From: an uncultured delta proteobacterium
GTDB lineage: Bacteria > Myxococcota_A > Polyangia > Polyangiales > Polyangiaceae
Assembly: GCA_963850305.1 (NCBI GenBank)
Contig: CAWKKR010000011.1
Span: 224,001-288,000 of the forward strand
DNA: 64,000 nt
Direction of reading: 5' to 3'
This document shows, piece by piece, positions 39,771 through 49,903 of this stretch. Within the stretch, counting starts at the first letter, position 1. Each line of letters starts with the position of its first letter. The translations under genes and the position numbers were made by a program. The notes under the pieces are model-generated. The model ran no database searches and was not told the DNA's origin. It saw only the letters and a program-made list of their open reading frames with translations.

Positions 39771-41357
39771 TCACGGACGCTCGTCACGCCTCTCGAGCAC
39801 CCAGGCTCGCCCCTCGGCCTCGCTGGCGACGGTGAAATGCGGCGCATCCACGACGGCGTCGAGCGCGAAGTAGCGCGGCAGCTCCGGATCGTCCGCGAGC
39901 TTGCGGAGAACGGCGGGATGGATGACCGCGAAGCGCGCGCCGTAGAGCGCCGCGAGCTGGGCGAGCCCGCGCGGATAGTGTGTAACGGCGATCGCCGCAT
40001 CGCGACCGAAGAGGAGCTCATGGTCGTTCAAGCCGAGCAGATCGATGGTCGTTCGATCGCCGAAGTACCGGATCGCGCCGGCATCGTCCGAGAGAACTAC
40101 GGCATTCACGGGCGTGTGCGCTGCGAGCCATTTTCCGAGGCGCACCTGGAGGTCGTCGATGTTGCGACAGTTCCACGAATAGCGCGCCGCGAAGACCGCG
40201 TGATCGGCCGGGTACGCGAGGCAGCAGCCGAGCCCACAGACGAGCGCCGCAGTGCGACCCGCGACCCGGAAGAACGCGGCCGACAGCATCCGGGATCGGC
40301 TGCCGGCCTGCAGGACGACGTCTTCGACCGCGACGATGCCGGATGCGAGCGGCAAGAATGCGAGCGGTAGCGCCGGCACGAGGTAGCGCAGGAAATAGAA
40401 GAACCGCGCCGCGTCGGCGGGCACGTGACGGGTCGCGGCGACGCCGGCAACGAAGACCCAGGGCGCGAGCACCGCCGGAAGACTCCGCGGACCGCGCGAG
40501 CGCACCACCACGGCGGCGCCCGCCACCACGAGCAGCGTCGCGAGCCCGAGCGCACGCGTGGGCGCGTCGAACCAGAGGGCAATCACCGCGCGACCGAAAT
40601 TGCCGAGCGCGTCGCGAGCGTCGTGCTTCGCATAGAAGGTGTTCGGCAAAGGGTGCCGCGTGACGAAAAAGCAATATGCGCCCCACAGCCCGAGCGCCAC
40701 GACCGCGGGCACGGTCGCTCGAACCATCGCTCGGCTGCGTTCGCGAGAAATGGGCACTGCGGCGGCCGCCAGTGGTAGGAGCACGGCGGCTTCGGGACGC
40801 GCCAGACACGCGAGCGCAAGCCACCATCCCGACGCGCGAAAGTGACCGCGTAGCCACTCGGCAGCGGTCGCGAGCAGCAGAGCGCCGGCGAGGCTCGTCT
40901 CCATTCCGGAGACTTGCGAGAACGCGACGAACGGGTGCGCCGCCAGGAGCAGTCCTGCGACGAGACTCGGCCAGTACCGCGAGGACAGGAACAGCGACGT
41001 CTCGAAGAGCAGCCCGCTCGCGCACGCGGCAAGTGCGACGCCGAACGCCTTGACGACGAGCACGACGGGCAGTGCCGTGACGCGCGCCACGAGGTGAGCG
41101 ACCGCCACGCACGCCATCCAGAGCGGGCTCGTGAACCCTGCCTCGAGCGTGCCGGCGTTGTAGAACGGGGCCCCGTGCTCGGCGAGCGCGCGCCCGTAGA
41201 CCATGTGGATCCAGGCGTCGTCGAGCGGGAAACCGGAATGCGCCGCGGCGGTCCCGCACGCTCTTCCGCCGCAATAGGCCGCCGCGAGCGCGACGTGGAC
41301 CGCGGCGAGCAGACCCCAGGCTAAAGCTCGGTCCCGGGGGCGCCGGTGGTCTTCCAT
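39771..41357 (-). CDS. Polytopic membrane protein, GT-C-like glycosyltransferase
   Basis: PLDDAWIH..Y.R.LA, GFTSPLW, SGMET, RPE, PNTFYAK, DAGAI.YF..IDL.GL. Confidence 0.7.
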   Translation of the reverse strand: MEDHRRPRDRALAWGLLAAVHVALAAAYCGGRACGTAAAHSGFPLDDAWIHMVYGRALAEHGAPFYNAGTLEAGFTSPLWMACVAVAHLVARVTALPVVLVVKAFGVALAACASGLLFETSLFLSSRYWPSLVAGLLLAAHPFVAFSQVSGMETSLAGALLLATAAEWLRGHFRASGWWLALACLARPEAAVLLPLAAAAVPISRERSRAMVRATVPAVVALGLWGAYCFFVTRHPLPNTFYAKHDARDALGNFGRAVIALWFDAPTRALGLATLLVVAGAAVVVRSRGPRSLPAVLAPWVFVAGVAATRHVPADAARFFYFLRYLVPALPLAFLPLASGIVAVEDVVLQAGSRSRMLSAAFFRVAGRTAALVCGLGCCLAYPADHAVFAARYSWNCRNIDDLQVRLGKWLAAHTPVNAVVLSDDAGAIRYFGDRTTIDLLGLNDHELLFGRDAAIAVTHYPRGLAQLAALYGARFAVIHPAVLRKLADDPELPRYFALDAVVDAPHFTVASEAEGRAWVLERRDERP

Positions 41358-41550
41358 GGGCTGAATCTCGGGCGTCGCCGCGATGCCGGAGATTGGCGAG
41401 AAATGCGCACGGCCCGCGCATCTGCGCAAGCGCAGGCCGCCGGCGCTGCACCCTGGCCCGTCGTCCGATTCGGCCGCAGCGGACTCAAGGCACTCGCTCG
41501 CGCTCCCGGCGCGCGGTATCGGTGATCCGGGTGGAAGAGGAAGCCACACA

Positions 41551-42985
41551 GTGAAGAAGCCAACGAGCCTCCGGGCGATCCTGGCGACCGTGACCGTCCT
41601 CGTGACGGCGCTGGCGGTACTGAGTGCCGGGGCCCTCGTCGGAATGACGACCATCTTGCGCGAGACCACGGCGCGGAGCGGGACGTCAGTGGAAGCCGTG
41701 CGGCTCGCCGAGGAAATCCAGACGGATCTCTTGCTCCACGAGCGCGCGAAGGACCCGCTCCTCAAGCGGCAGATCGAGAGCGAGATGCGGCGCAAGGTCC
41801 TGGAGGCGCGACGATTCGTCACGGGCGAACGAGAAGCACGCAAGCTGGCCGAAGCCGAGTCGAAGGTCGACTCTTACGTGACTCTTGGCGGGGCAGACGT
41901 GAGTCCCGCCGGACACGAGGCTCGGCAGGGCGCTGCCTACGATGCGCTCGAAGAGCTGGTGATCATCAACGTGGAGCAGTCGAAGGCGGCCGAGCGGGAC
42001 GCCGCCCGCTGGAACACCGTCGGCAACGCCGTCGGCGGCGTTTGCGGGGCGCTCGTGGTGCTCGTCGCGACTGCCCTGGTTGCGTGGTTGAGCGGGCGCG
42101 CCTTCAAGCCAATCATCGGGCTCGCGTCGGCGATGGATCGGTTCGGACGCGGAGACCGCGACGTGCGCGCGGCCGAGGATGGCCCGAGCGAGATCCGCGA
42201 GATGTGTCGTCGCTTCAATCAAATGGCGTCAGTGATCGCTGTCCAGCGATCCGCGCAAATCGCCTTCCTGGGGGGCGTCGCTCACGACCTTCGGAACCCG
42301 CTGTCGGTCCTGCGGATGTCGGTCCCGTTGCTCGCGTCGGGAGACCGGCCTCCGCCTGCGGAGAGGCTGACTCGCACCGTCGAGAAGATCGACCGGCAAA
42401 TCACGCGCATGGAGCGCATGCTCGGGGACTTCCTCGACGTCGCCAAGAATCGAAGCCGGTGAGCTCGAGCTCCGGCTCGACGTACACGATGCAAGAGCGC
42501 TCGTCCTCGACGTCGCGAGGCTGTTCGATGGCGTCGCGCCGGAGCATCGGCTCGAGGTTCGAGTGCCCGACGACTTCACTCCAGTGTGCTGCGATCAACT
42601 TCGCATCGAGCAGGTGCTGACCAACCTGATCAGCAATGCCCTCAAGTACTCGCCAGGCGGGAGCAAGGTCGAGGTCGTGTTGAAGCCGCGAGAGGACGAG
42701 CTCGAGCTAAGCGTCGTCGACCACGGGGTCGGCATCGCGGAGAACGACCGAGCAAGGATGTTCGAACCGTTCCGCCGAATCGGATTGTCCGCGGGAACGG
42801 TGCCCGGCGTGGGGCTCGGGCTCTTCGTCGTTCGCAAGATCATCGACGCTCATCGGGGTCGCATCGAGGTGGAGAGCGTGGTCGGTTCGGGGTCCGAGTT
42901 TCGCGTCTTCCTACCGGCATCGCACGAAAGCATCGTACGGTGCGGCTCGTGCACGGGAGTCTCGACGGCGTCGAACGGATCGTGA
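41551..42985 (+). CDS. Sensor histidine kinase (2 TM, HAMP, HisKA, HATPase); 1-nt indel near 42448
   Basis: HDLRNPL, EQVLTNLISNALKYS, DHGVGI, FEPF, GVGLGL. Confidence 0.9.
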
Positions 42986-43064
42986 CCGGTCGAAACGGCA
43001 CGCTCCGCTCGCCGTTCGGCGCGCCCATGCGACCGACCCCGCGGCGCCGGGACGAGGTGAGCCC

Positions 43065-44300
43065 GTGACCGGCGTGGAACTCGTCGCCGTTTTCGTGTCG
43101 CTCGCCGCCGTGCTCGCCTACGTCAATGCGCGAGCTCTCCGGCTCCCTTCGGCGATCGGACTGATGGCGCTCGCGCTCTTCGTGTCGTTCGCCGTCGTCG
43201 GGCTCGGCAAGTACGGGATCATCGACGCATCGCGGGTGCAGGGGCTCGTGGCGCGCGCCGATTTCTCCGACGCCCTGATGCACGGCGCGCTCGGCCTGCT
43301 CCTCTTCGCAGGCGCTCTCCACGTGGACATCGTCGACCTCGTGGCGCAGAGAAGCTCGATCGCGACGCTCGCGCTCGGCAGCACGCTCCTCTCGACGGCG
43401 ATCGTCGGCGCTGCGACGTTCGTACTCTTGCGCTCCCTTGGCCACGACATCGATCTCGCGGATGCGTTTCTGTTCGGCGCCCTCATCTCGCCCACCGATC
43501 CGATCGCCGTTCTCGGGATTCTCAGGTCGGCGAAGGCCCCGACCGAGCTGGCCGTGCAGATCAGCGGCGAGTCCCTGTTCAACGACGGCATCGGCGTCGT
43601 GCTCTTCATGACGATCAGCGAAGCGTCGCGCAGCGGCCACGTCACGGGCACGGGAATGGCGCTGCTGTTCGCTCGCGAGACGCTCGGCGGCGCGGCGTTC
43701 GGACTCGCCCTCGGTTACCTGGGCTTTCGACTCCTGCGGAGCATCGACGATTACTCGGTGGAGGTATTGATCACACTCGCCGTCGCCCTCGGCGGTTATG
43801 CCCTCGGCGAGCGACTTCACGTGTCGGCGCCGATCGCCGCGGTCGTCGCCGGGCTCATCGTCGGCAACCAAGGCCGGAGACTCGCGATGTCGAAGCTGAC
43901 GCGGGAGCACGTGGACGTGTTCTGGAAACTCGTCGACGAGATCTTGAACGCCATCTTGTTCCTCGCGCTCGGGCTCGAAGCGACCCGCCTGACGGTCGGC
44001 CCGGGGATGCTGCTGGCGGCGGGGCTCGTCGTGCTCATCGTGCTCGGTGCGCGCTTGATCTCGGTGGCGATACCGGTGTCGCTGCTCCGGATGCGCAGCA
44101 AGTTCCCTCCGCACGCCGTGAAGATCTTGACCTGGGGGGGCCTCAGAGGAGGCATCTCCGTGGCCCTGGCCCTGTCTCTCCGGAACGGTCTCTTCGGCGA
44201 TCGAATCGTGCTCCTCACCTACGCCGTCGTGGCTTGTTCGATCCTCGTCCAGGGTCTTTCCCTGGGCCGCGTCGTGCGCCACCTCGGGAGCGGCGCGTGA
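43065..44300 (+). CDS. Na+/H+ antiporter, CPA1 (NhaP-like)
   Basis: LLFAGAL, FGALISPTDPIAV, GESLFNDG, WGGLRG. Confidence 0.92.
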   Translation: MTGVELVAVFVSLAAVLAYVNARALRLPSAIGLMALALFVSFAVVGLGKYGIIDASRVQGLVARADFSDALMHGALGLLLFAGALHVDIVDLVAQRSSIATLALGSTLLSTAIVGAATFVLLRSLGHDIDLADAFLFGALISPTDPIAVLGILRSAKAPTELAVQISGESLFNDGIGVVLFMTISEASRSGHVTGTGMALLFARETLGGAAFGLALGYLGFRLLRSIDDYSVEVLITLAVALGGYALGERLHVSAPIAAVVAGLIVGNQGRRLAMSKLTREHVDVFWKLVDEILNAILFLALGLEATRLTVGPGMLLAAGLVVLIVLGARLISVAIPVSLLRMRSKFPPHAVKILTWGGLRGGISVALALSLRNGLFGDRIVLLTYAVVACSILVQGLSLGRVVRHLGSGA

Positions 44301-44316
44301 GGCTCACGCATTGCCG

Positions 44317-45153
44317 TCAGACGGGCTCGCCGACGGCACCAGGCGATTCCTCGGCGGAAACCGACGCTTTCACCGGACCATGGGTGAGATACAGCGCAAG
44401 CCCCGTGAACACGAAGCCGCCCACGACGTTGCCGAGCGTGACGGGGATCTGATTCCAGAGCCACCAGTCGGATAGCGAGACCTTCGCGCCCAGCATCATG
44501 CCGGTCGGGATGACGAACATGTTGACGATGGAGTGTTCGAAGCCTTGCGCGAAGAAGATGAAGATCGGAAGCCAGCAGCCGACGATTTTTCCGGCGGTCG
44601 AGGTGGATGCCATGCCCATCACGACGCCCAGACACACCATCCAGTTGCACAGGATGGCTTTCACGAACGCCGTGGCCCAGCCCGCGGCTCCGAAATGGGC
44701 GTACCCGAGCGTCTTCGCCTCGGCGATGGCGACAATCTTCTCTCCCACGCCCGTGGCCGCAACGTGACCGAAGTCCGTGAGCGCGACGTAGAGCAGCGCT
44801 CCGTAAAAGACGCTCCCGAGCAGGTTGCCGAACAGCACCCAGAAGAGATTGGCGATCATCTTCCCTGGCGCGAGCTTGCCTTCCATCGCCGCGAGCGGAA
44901 GGAGCGAGAAGCTGCCCGTCGCGAGCTCGAGGCCCAGAACGATGATCATCGCGAACCCGACCGGGAAGACCAGAGCGCCGACGAGCGGCATCTTGGTCTG
45001 CACGATCGCGCCGATGGCGAGGCTCGTCGCGTAGCCGAGCAACGCGCCGGAGAGAAAGCCGCGAATGACCAGGTCCTTGGTCGGTAGCGCGCCCTTCGTC
45101 GCGCCCGTGTTCACCATGTTCTTCACGACCTCGATCGGATTGACGTAGTCCAT
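44317..45153 (-). CDS. Formate/nitrite transporter (FNT) channel
   Basis: FPVG, GLELATG, GNLLG, AILCNWMVCL, GFEHSIVNM, VTLGNVVGG; start ATG 45153. Confidence 0.92.
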   Translation of the reverse strand: MDYVNPIEVVKNMVNTGATKGALPTKDLVIRGFLSGALLGYATSLAIGAIVQTKMPLVGALVFPVGFAMIIVLGLELATGSFSLLPLAAMEGKLAPGKMIANLFWVLFGNLLGSVFYGALLYVALTDFGHVAATGVGEKIVAIAEAKTLGYAHFGAAGWATAFVKAILCNWMVCLGVVMGMASTSTAGKIVGCWLPIFIFFAQGFEHSIVNMFVIPTGMMLGAKVSLSDWWLWNQIPVTLGNVVGGFVFTGLALYLTHGPVKASVSAEESPGAVGEPV

Positions 45154-45171
45154 GGGCTTTGACCTTCGCTC

Positions 45172-45187
45172 AGCAACCCTCGTGCCA
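45172..45187 (-). promoter_or_regulatory. Sigma54 (-24/-12) promoter of the FNT gene
   Basis: Minus strand reads TGGCACG-AGGG-TTGCT, a match to the TGGCACG-N4-TTGCW consensus, about 20 nt upstream of the ATG. Confidence 0.8.
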
Positions 45188-45293
45188 CGGCCTTCGATCC
45201 GCGCTTCGCAGGCTCGGCTCCCCCCAAAGCGTGCTCCGGTCATGGCCCCGAGACGGAACCGACATCTTCGATGCTTCGGCTGCAATCTTGCCC

Positions 45294-45337
45294 GACAAAT
45301 CTGTCGTGACCCTGGACGCCGCACGGACAAATTTGTC
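45294..45337. promoter_or_regulatory. Two palindromic candidate enhancer (UAS) sites
   Basis: GACAAATCTGTC (45294-45305) and GACAAATTTGTC (45326-45337), 32 bp apart, about 110-150 bp upstream of the sigma54 box. Confidence 0.6.
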
Positions 45338-45370
45338 GCGACCCCGTGACGTCGTGTACGTCTCGGGCGA

Positions 45371-47107
45371 ATGTTCGGGATGTTCCCGGTGCTCGGCGCG
45401 CTCGGGCTCCTCTACTGGCTCACGGCCGCGACGACCGTGCTCGGCGCCGACAACGGCGAGTTCTGCACGCTGTTCGCGACGGGCGGCGTCGCGCACCCGA
45501 GCGGCTATCCGCTCTACGTCCTCTTGCTGCGGGCGTTCGCGTGGCTCCCGGCTCCGACGCCGGCGCACGGCGCCGCGATCGTCACCGCGGGCATCGGGCT
45601 CGGCGCCGCGGTGCTCCTGTTTCACGCCTGTCGCGCGTGGGGCTCCGGCGCGAGCGCCGCCGCACTCGCCGCGGTCGTCTACGCGCTTTCGCCCGTCGCG
45701 TGGGATCTGTCGACTCAAGCCGAGGTCTTCGCGCTGAATGCCGCAATCGCCGCCGCCATCCTCTGGCTCGCTGCGCCGGAAGGCCCCGCACGCGGTGTCG
45801 CGCGCGTCGCGTGGCTCGGCGCGCTCGCGGGCCTCGGGTTGTCGGACCACCACACGATCGTGCTGCTCGCGCCCGTGGGCCTTTACGGCGCAGCACTCGG
45901 AGCCCGCGAATCGACGGAGCCACTCCGGGCCTGGCTTCTGGGTGCTGGTGCGCTTTTGTTGGGGCTCTTGCCCTATGGGACGCTTCCCCTGTTCGCGCGC
46001 GGCGACCCTCTGACCCATTTCGTCTGGGGGGACGTCACCACGCTGCGCGGCATCGTCGCGCACTTCCGCCGCGCGGACTACGGCACGACGACGCTCGCGC
46101 TCGGTAACGCGCCTCTGCGCCCGCTCGCGCAGCTCATGGCGCTCGCAAGGCGGCTCTTCGTCGACCTGCGCGTCGTGCCGCCGCTCATCGGCGTCGCGGT
46201 TCTCGTTGCGAAGTGCGCCGGGCGTGGCGTCGCGAATCGCACCGAGCGCGTCGCGTTCGTGAGCCTCGCCGCGGCGTTTCTGCTCGCGGGGCCGCTGTTC
46301 GTCCTCTTCATGAACGTGCCCGCCACGCCGGAGGGCGCCGCCATCGTGCGGAGGTTTCATCTGCTCCCCGCGCTGCTCCTCTGCGTGCCCTTCGCCGTCG
46401 GAGCCGAGGCGCTGCTCGGCCGCGCGAGCGCGCTCCTTCGAGGCGCGGCGATTGCCGGCGTGATCTGTCTCGATGTGTGGCTCGGCTTGCCGGGAATCGC
46501 GAACGAGCGCCGGCCCATGCTCGAGAACTACGTCCTCGACACACTCGCGACCGTGCCGGAGAACGCGGTCGTGTTCGGCAGCGGCGACGAGCGCGTCTTC
46601 GGCTTCCTCTACGCGAAGCTCGGGCTCGGAGTCCGCCGCGACGTGACGTTCGTCAGTCCCATCTTGCTCCACTACGGCTGGTATCACCGCCGCGTCGAAG
46701 CCGAGCTCGGCATGACGCTCCCCGGACCGAAGCACGGCTCTATCAGCACGGTCGACCTCGCGGCGACCGTCCTGAGCCACGGCCGTCCGCTGTTCCTCGC
46801 GGACGCGGGCACCGGCGCGATCCTCCGCGCCTTTGCGACGTTCCCCGTCGGCACGGTGATCGTCGTACTGCCGCCGGGAGCAAGCCCGCCGCCACCGGAT
46901 GCCCTCGAACGAACGAACGTCGCGCTCTACGCGCGTTACCGCATCGATCCGAGCGTGCGCAACGCGCGCCAAGCGTGGACCGCCGGCCCGCGCCAGGCGT
47001 ACGCGCGCCCCTGGTACACCCTCGCCGCCGCGTTCGGAGCGCGCGGGGACGCCGCGGGAGCCGCGCGCAACGCCGACCGCGCCGCGGCCATCGACGTCCC
47101 GCGGTGA
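45371..47107 (+). CDS. DUF2723 / TMEM260-like membrane glycosyltransferase
   Basis: DNGEF...GGVAHPSGYPLY, W..ST.AEVFALN, DHHT, WGD, R.DYGT, RRDV. Confidence 0.8.
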   Translation: MFGMFPVLGALGLLYWLTAATTVLGADNGEFCTLFATGGVAHPSGYPLYVLLLRAFAWLPAPTPAHGAAIVTAGIGLGAAVLLFHACRAWGSGASAAALAAVVYALSPVAWDLSTQAEVFALNAAIAAAILWLAAPEGPARGVARVAWLGALAGLGLSDHHTIVLLAPVGLYGAALGARESTEPLRAWLLGAGALLLGLLPYGTLPLFARGDPLTHFVWGDVTTLRGIVAHFRRADYGTTTLALGNAPLRPLAQLMALARRLFVDLRVVPPLIGVAVLVAKCAGRGVANRTERVAFVSLAAAFLLAGPLFVLFMNVPATPEGAAIVRRFHLLPALLLCVPFAVGAEALLGRASALLRGAAIAGVICLDVWLGLPGIANERRPMLENYVLDTLATVPENAVVFGSGDERVFGFLYAKLGLGVRRDVTFVSPILLHYGWYHRRVEAELGMTLPGPKHGSISTVDLAATVLSHGRPLFLADAGTGAILRAFATFPVGTVIVVLPPGASPPPPDALERTNVALYARYRIDPSVRNARQAWTAGPRQAYARPWYTLAAAFGARGDAAGAARNADRAAAIDVPR

Positions 47108-47728
47108 GTCGGGAGAGCGGTAGTCAGCCGATCTTGATCTGACGCGTAGTCGCGGAACGCTCGCTCGACGAGCTTCAAAAAAGCGCGCCCGCCGGCCTCC
47201 GAAAGTAACGATTTCCGTGTCGCGCAAGCGATATGCCTTTGCGAGCTTCTCGCACGCATCCGCGCGGAAGCTTGAGCTCACCGTTCTTGAGCTGCTCGTG
47301 CTCCTCCGGCGTAATCTCCGCGATCACGGTCGGGCTGGGCGTGTCCCTCGTTGGTGCGAAGGCGAACGGCTCGATACTTCCAGTCGCCACGGTATTGGCG
47401 TTGTAGAGCGGACAGGCCGTCGCTCCGTCGAGTCTCTTCTCCGCCGACCGCGACAGATCGGTCGCGGCGCGGGCACCTGGAACAGCGTTGCGGGTTCGAC
47501 GCAGAGTGCGTTTCCGTATTCCAGATGACCTGGCTCACCCACTGCGCCGAGGTCCTTGAGTTTGGCCATCGGGCGCGCAGCGTTTCGCGTGTGACGCCGA
47601 TGCCGGGGGCCGTTGACTGCGGTGGGACAGGAGCTGCGCGGCTGGTATCGGTGCCCCACGCTTCGGACATGCGTTCGCGGCGGTCAAACTCCGCCGAGCC
47701 GGCCTTTTTCCCCGCGCGCGCTACGATG

Positions 47729-48016
47729 AGCTCCCTTTGGCTCGACTCGAGCCGTCCGGAGCTTGGCCAAGCTCCCGCCGGCTTGGTTCGAGCCTCTTGC
47801 GAGCTCAAATAAGCTCCCTTTGGCTCGACTCGAGCCATCCGGGGCTCGGCCAAGCTCCCGCCGGCTTGGTTCGAGCCTCTTGCGAGCTCAAATAAGCTCG
47901 CCTTGGCTCGACTCGAGCCATCCGGAGCTAAAATAAGCAAATTCCGGCTCGACCCGAGCGATCGGGAGGCAGCCGTGAGCTCGCTTTGGCTCGACTCGAG
48001 CCATCCGGAGCTAAAA
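47729..48016. repeat. Tandem array of 41/42-bp units (83-bp higher-order period) with 15-bp palindromic core
   Basis: GGCTCGACTCGAGCC at 47739, 47822, 47905, 47988; variants at 47780, 47863, 47946. Confidence 0.85.
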
Positions 48017-48032
48017 CGAAGGCAGCACCGGC

Positions 48033-49004
48033 TCACAGTGAGCCATCAGGCGCAAATCCGAGCTTCTCGGGGGGGGACGCGCCGGGCCCGGGGCGCTTTT
48101 GCAGCCGCAGGTGGTGCCAGAGGAGCATCTCGAGCGTGCCGACCTCTCGGAGGAAGATCTGGTCGTGCCCGCCGGGCAGAGTGTCGAAGTCATGCGGGAC
48201 ATGGAGCTCGGCCAGACGCTTGCTCAGGGCCTGGTGCACCGGGTACGTCGGATCCCAGTACGAAGATTCGACGTGGACGGCGCGGGGACCGAGGCGGTCG
48301 ATGATCGCACGCAGCGCGGCCGCGTAGCGCTGCGCCGTGAAGTCGCCGATCGCGGCCTGGACCGTGCCCACGGCACCGAAGAGCTCGGGCTTGCGGAGAA
48401 AGACTTCCATCGCGACGAAGCCACCGAGGGAACAGCCGTCGAGAGCCGTGCCGACCACGTCGGTGGTCGCGGGGGCGTTCGCGCGGACGGCGGGGAGCAA
48501 CGTGGTCGCGATCCAGGCGGCGTAGTGGTCGAGCGCGACGGACGGGTAGGGAAACTCGTAGACGTTGGGCGTCACCGGGCAGACGAGGACGAATCCGCGG
48601 TACGGGTTCCGGGCGAGCAGCGCGTCGATGGCCTGCGCGCGTGCATCGGACAGGTAACGGCGCGCGCCGGTCACGGGCGGGTGGCGCAGATGCGTGTCGG
48701 CAGCGACGAGGCCGTAACGATCGGCCCACGCATGCACGCCGAGCTCTTCATTGTCGGTCTCGCCGAGTCCGTGGAGGAGCACGAGCACGGGGAATCTCTC
48801 GTCCGGACCGTGGACTCTGGGCGAGAGAACGAGCGCCCGCCGAGCGAGCTTCCGCTCCCCGTCGAGATGCAAATCCTGGACGACGAGGTCGTCGGAGTGG
48901 GCGCGGAGCGCCGCGGCTCGTCCAGGGCCTGCGACGGCGAGCGCCGCGCAGGACCCCAAAAACCTGCGACGACCGAAAGCGATGCTGCGACGTCGGCGGA
49001 TCAC
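48033..49004 (-). CDS. Tat-exported esterase-family alpha/beta hydrolase
   Basis: GRRRFLG Tat motif, PVLVLLHG, GCSLGG, PGGH. Confidence 0.8.
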   Translation of the reverse strand: MIRRRRSIAFGRRRFLGSCAALAVAGPGRAAALRAHSDDLVVQDLHLDGERKLARRALVLSPRVHGPDERFPVLVLLHGLGETDNEELGVHAWADRYGLVAADTHLRHPPVTGARRYLSDARAQAIDALLARNPYRGFVLVCPVTPNVYEFPYPSVALDHYAAWIATTLLPAVRANAPATTDVVGTALDGCSLGGFVAMEVFLRKPELFGAVGTVQAAIGDFTAQRYAAALRAIIDRLGPRAVHVESSYWDPTYPVHQALSKRLAELHVPHDFDTLPGGHDQIFLREVGTLEMLLWHHLRLQKRPGPGASPPEKLGFAPDGSL

Positions 49005-49104
49005 GCTGAAATCCCTGTGCTATTCAACGGTCCATGACGCGCGAGGCCCCCGCACGCCACGGATTACTTGTGCCCGGTCCGACACTGCTACAAAACCAGA
49101 AACC

Positions 49105-49896
49105 ATGAGAATTCTTTTCTCTTCTTTGTTGTTCCTGGTGGCCACGTCCTGCTCCGCGAAGAGCGAGGACACGAAACTGAACGATATTCCGGGTTTCTGC
49201 AGCGAGTGGGCCATGGACGCCTGCAACGGGACGGTCACGTCGCTCTGCGGGTCGACGACGGCGTCGTGTCTCTCCGCGCAGCAAACCTTCTGCGAGTCCA
49301 TCGTGCCGACGGCAAAGTACACGCCGGCGGGCGCGCCGCAGTGCCTGAAGGCCGTGACCGCCGCGTACAAGGACGGGACGCTCACCGCTGACGAGCGCGA
49401 CACGGTGCTGCGGCTCGGCAACGATTGCGCGGCCATTCTCTCGGGGCCGGGCGAGACCGACTCACCCTGCGGCGTGACCAGCGACTGCGATACGACGGCA
49501 GGCCTCTCGTGCGTGACGAAGGGACTCGACACGACGGGGAGCTGCCGAATCCCGGTGATGGTCGGCCCCGGCCTCTCTTGCTCGGAGCCGGACCAGACCT
49601 GCAGCGCGGGCTTCTACTGCGACGGGCAGCATTGCGTGGGCGGAAACCCCGCGGGAGACGCCTGCTCGGCGGCGGTTCCGTGCGGCGCGGGCTCGCATTG
49701 CGTCGCGGGTGGGGCCGACGGGGGCGTCACGGGCTCGGTGTGCGTGACGAGCGTCACGACCGGAAGCTGCGACAGCGACGTCGACTGTGCGGCGCGGCTC
49801 TGCTCGGTGCCCGCGGGCGCCACCACGGGCCGGTGCGTGTCCAACGCGCCGCCGCTCGCCGCGACGGATCAACTCTGCGCCAACCTGGGTAGCTGA
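49105..49896 (+). CDS. Cys-rich lipoprotein
   Basis: ATSC lipobox, FC.EWA..AC, repeated C-x5-C modules. Confidence 0.75.
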   Translation: MRILFSSLLFLVATSCSAKSEDTKLNDIPGFCSEWAMDACNGTVTSLCGSTTASCLSAQQTFCESIVPTAKYTPAGAPQCLKAVTAAYKDGTLTADERDTVLRLGNDCAAILSGPGETDSPCGVTSDCDTTAGLSCVTKGLDTTGSCRIPVMVGPGLSCSEPDQTCSAGFYCDGQHCVGGNPAGDACSAAVPCGAGSHCVAGGADGGVTGSVCVTSVTTGSCDSDVDCAARLCSVPAGATTGRCVSNAPPLAATDQLCANLGS

Positions 49897-49903
49897 GCGA
49901 ACG

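Noticed and set aside
45170..47281. Long antisense and alternative-frame ORFs (e.g. 703 aa here, 832 aa at 7149-9647, 503 aa at 12091-13602)
   Set aside because: Arg/Ala/Pro-rich shadows of real genes, expected in high-GC DNA; no motifs.
47175..47660. Short minus-strand ORF fragments (…IAEITPEEHEQLKNGELKLP; HTH-like NALCVEPATLFQ)
   Set aside because: They look like gene remnants but are too short to assign without a search.
47729..48016. Possible CRISPR array
   Set aside because: The first two inter-repeat segments are near-identical and themselves contain degenerate repeat copies; no cas genes.
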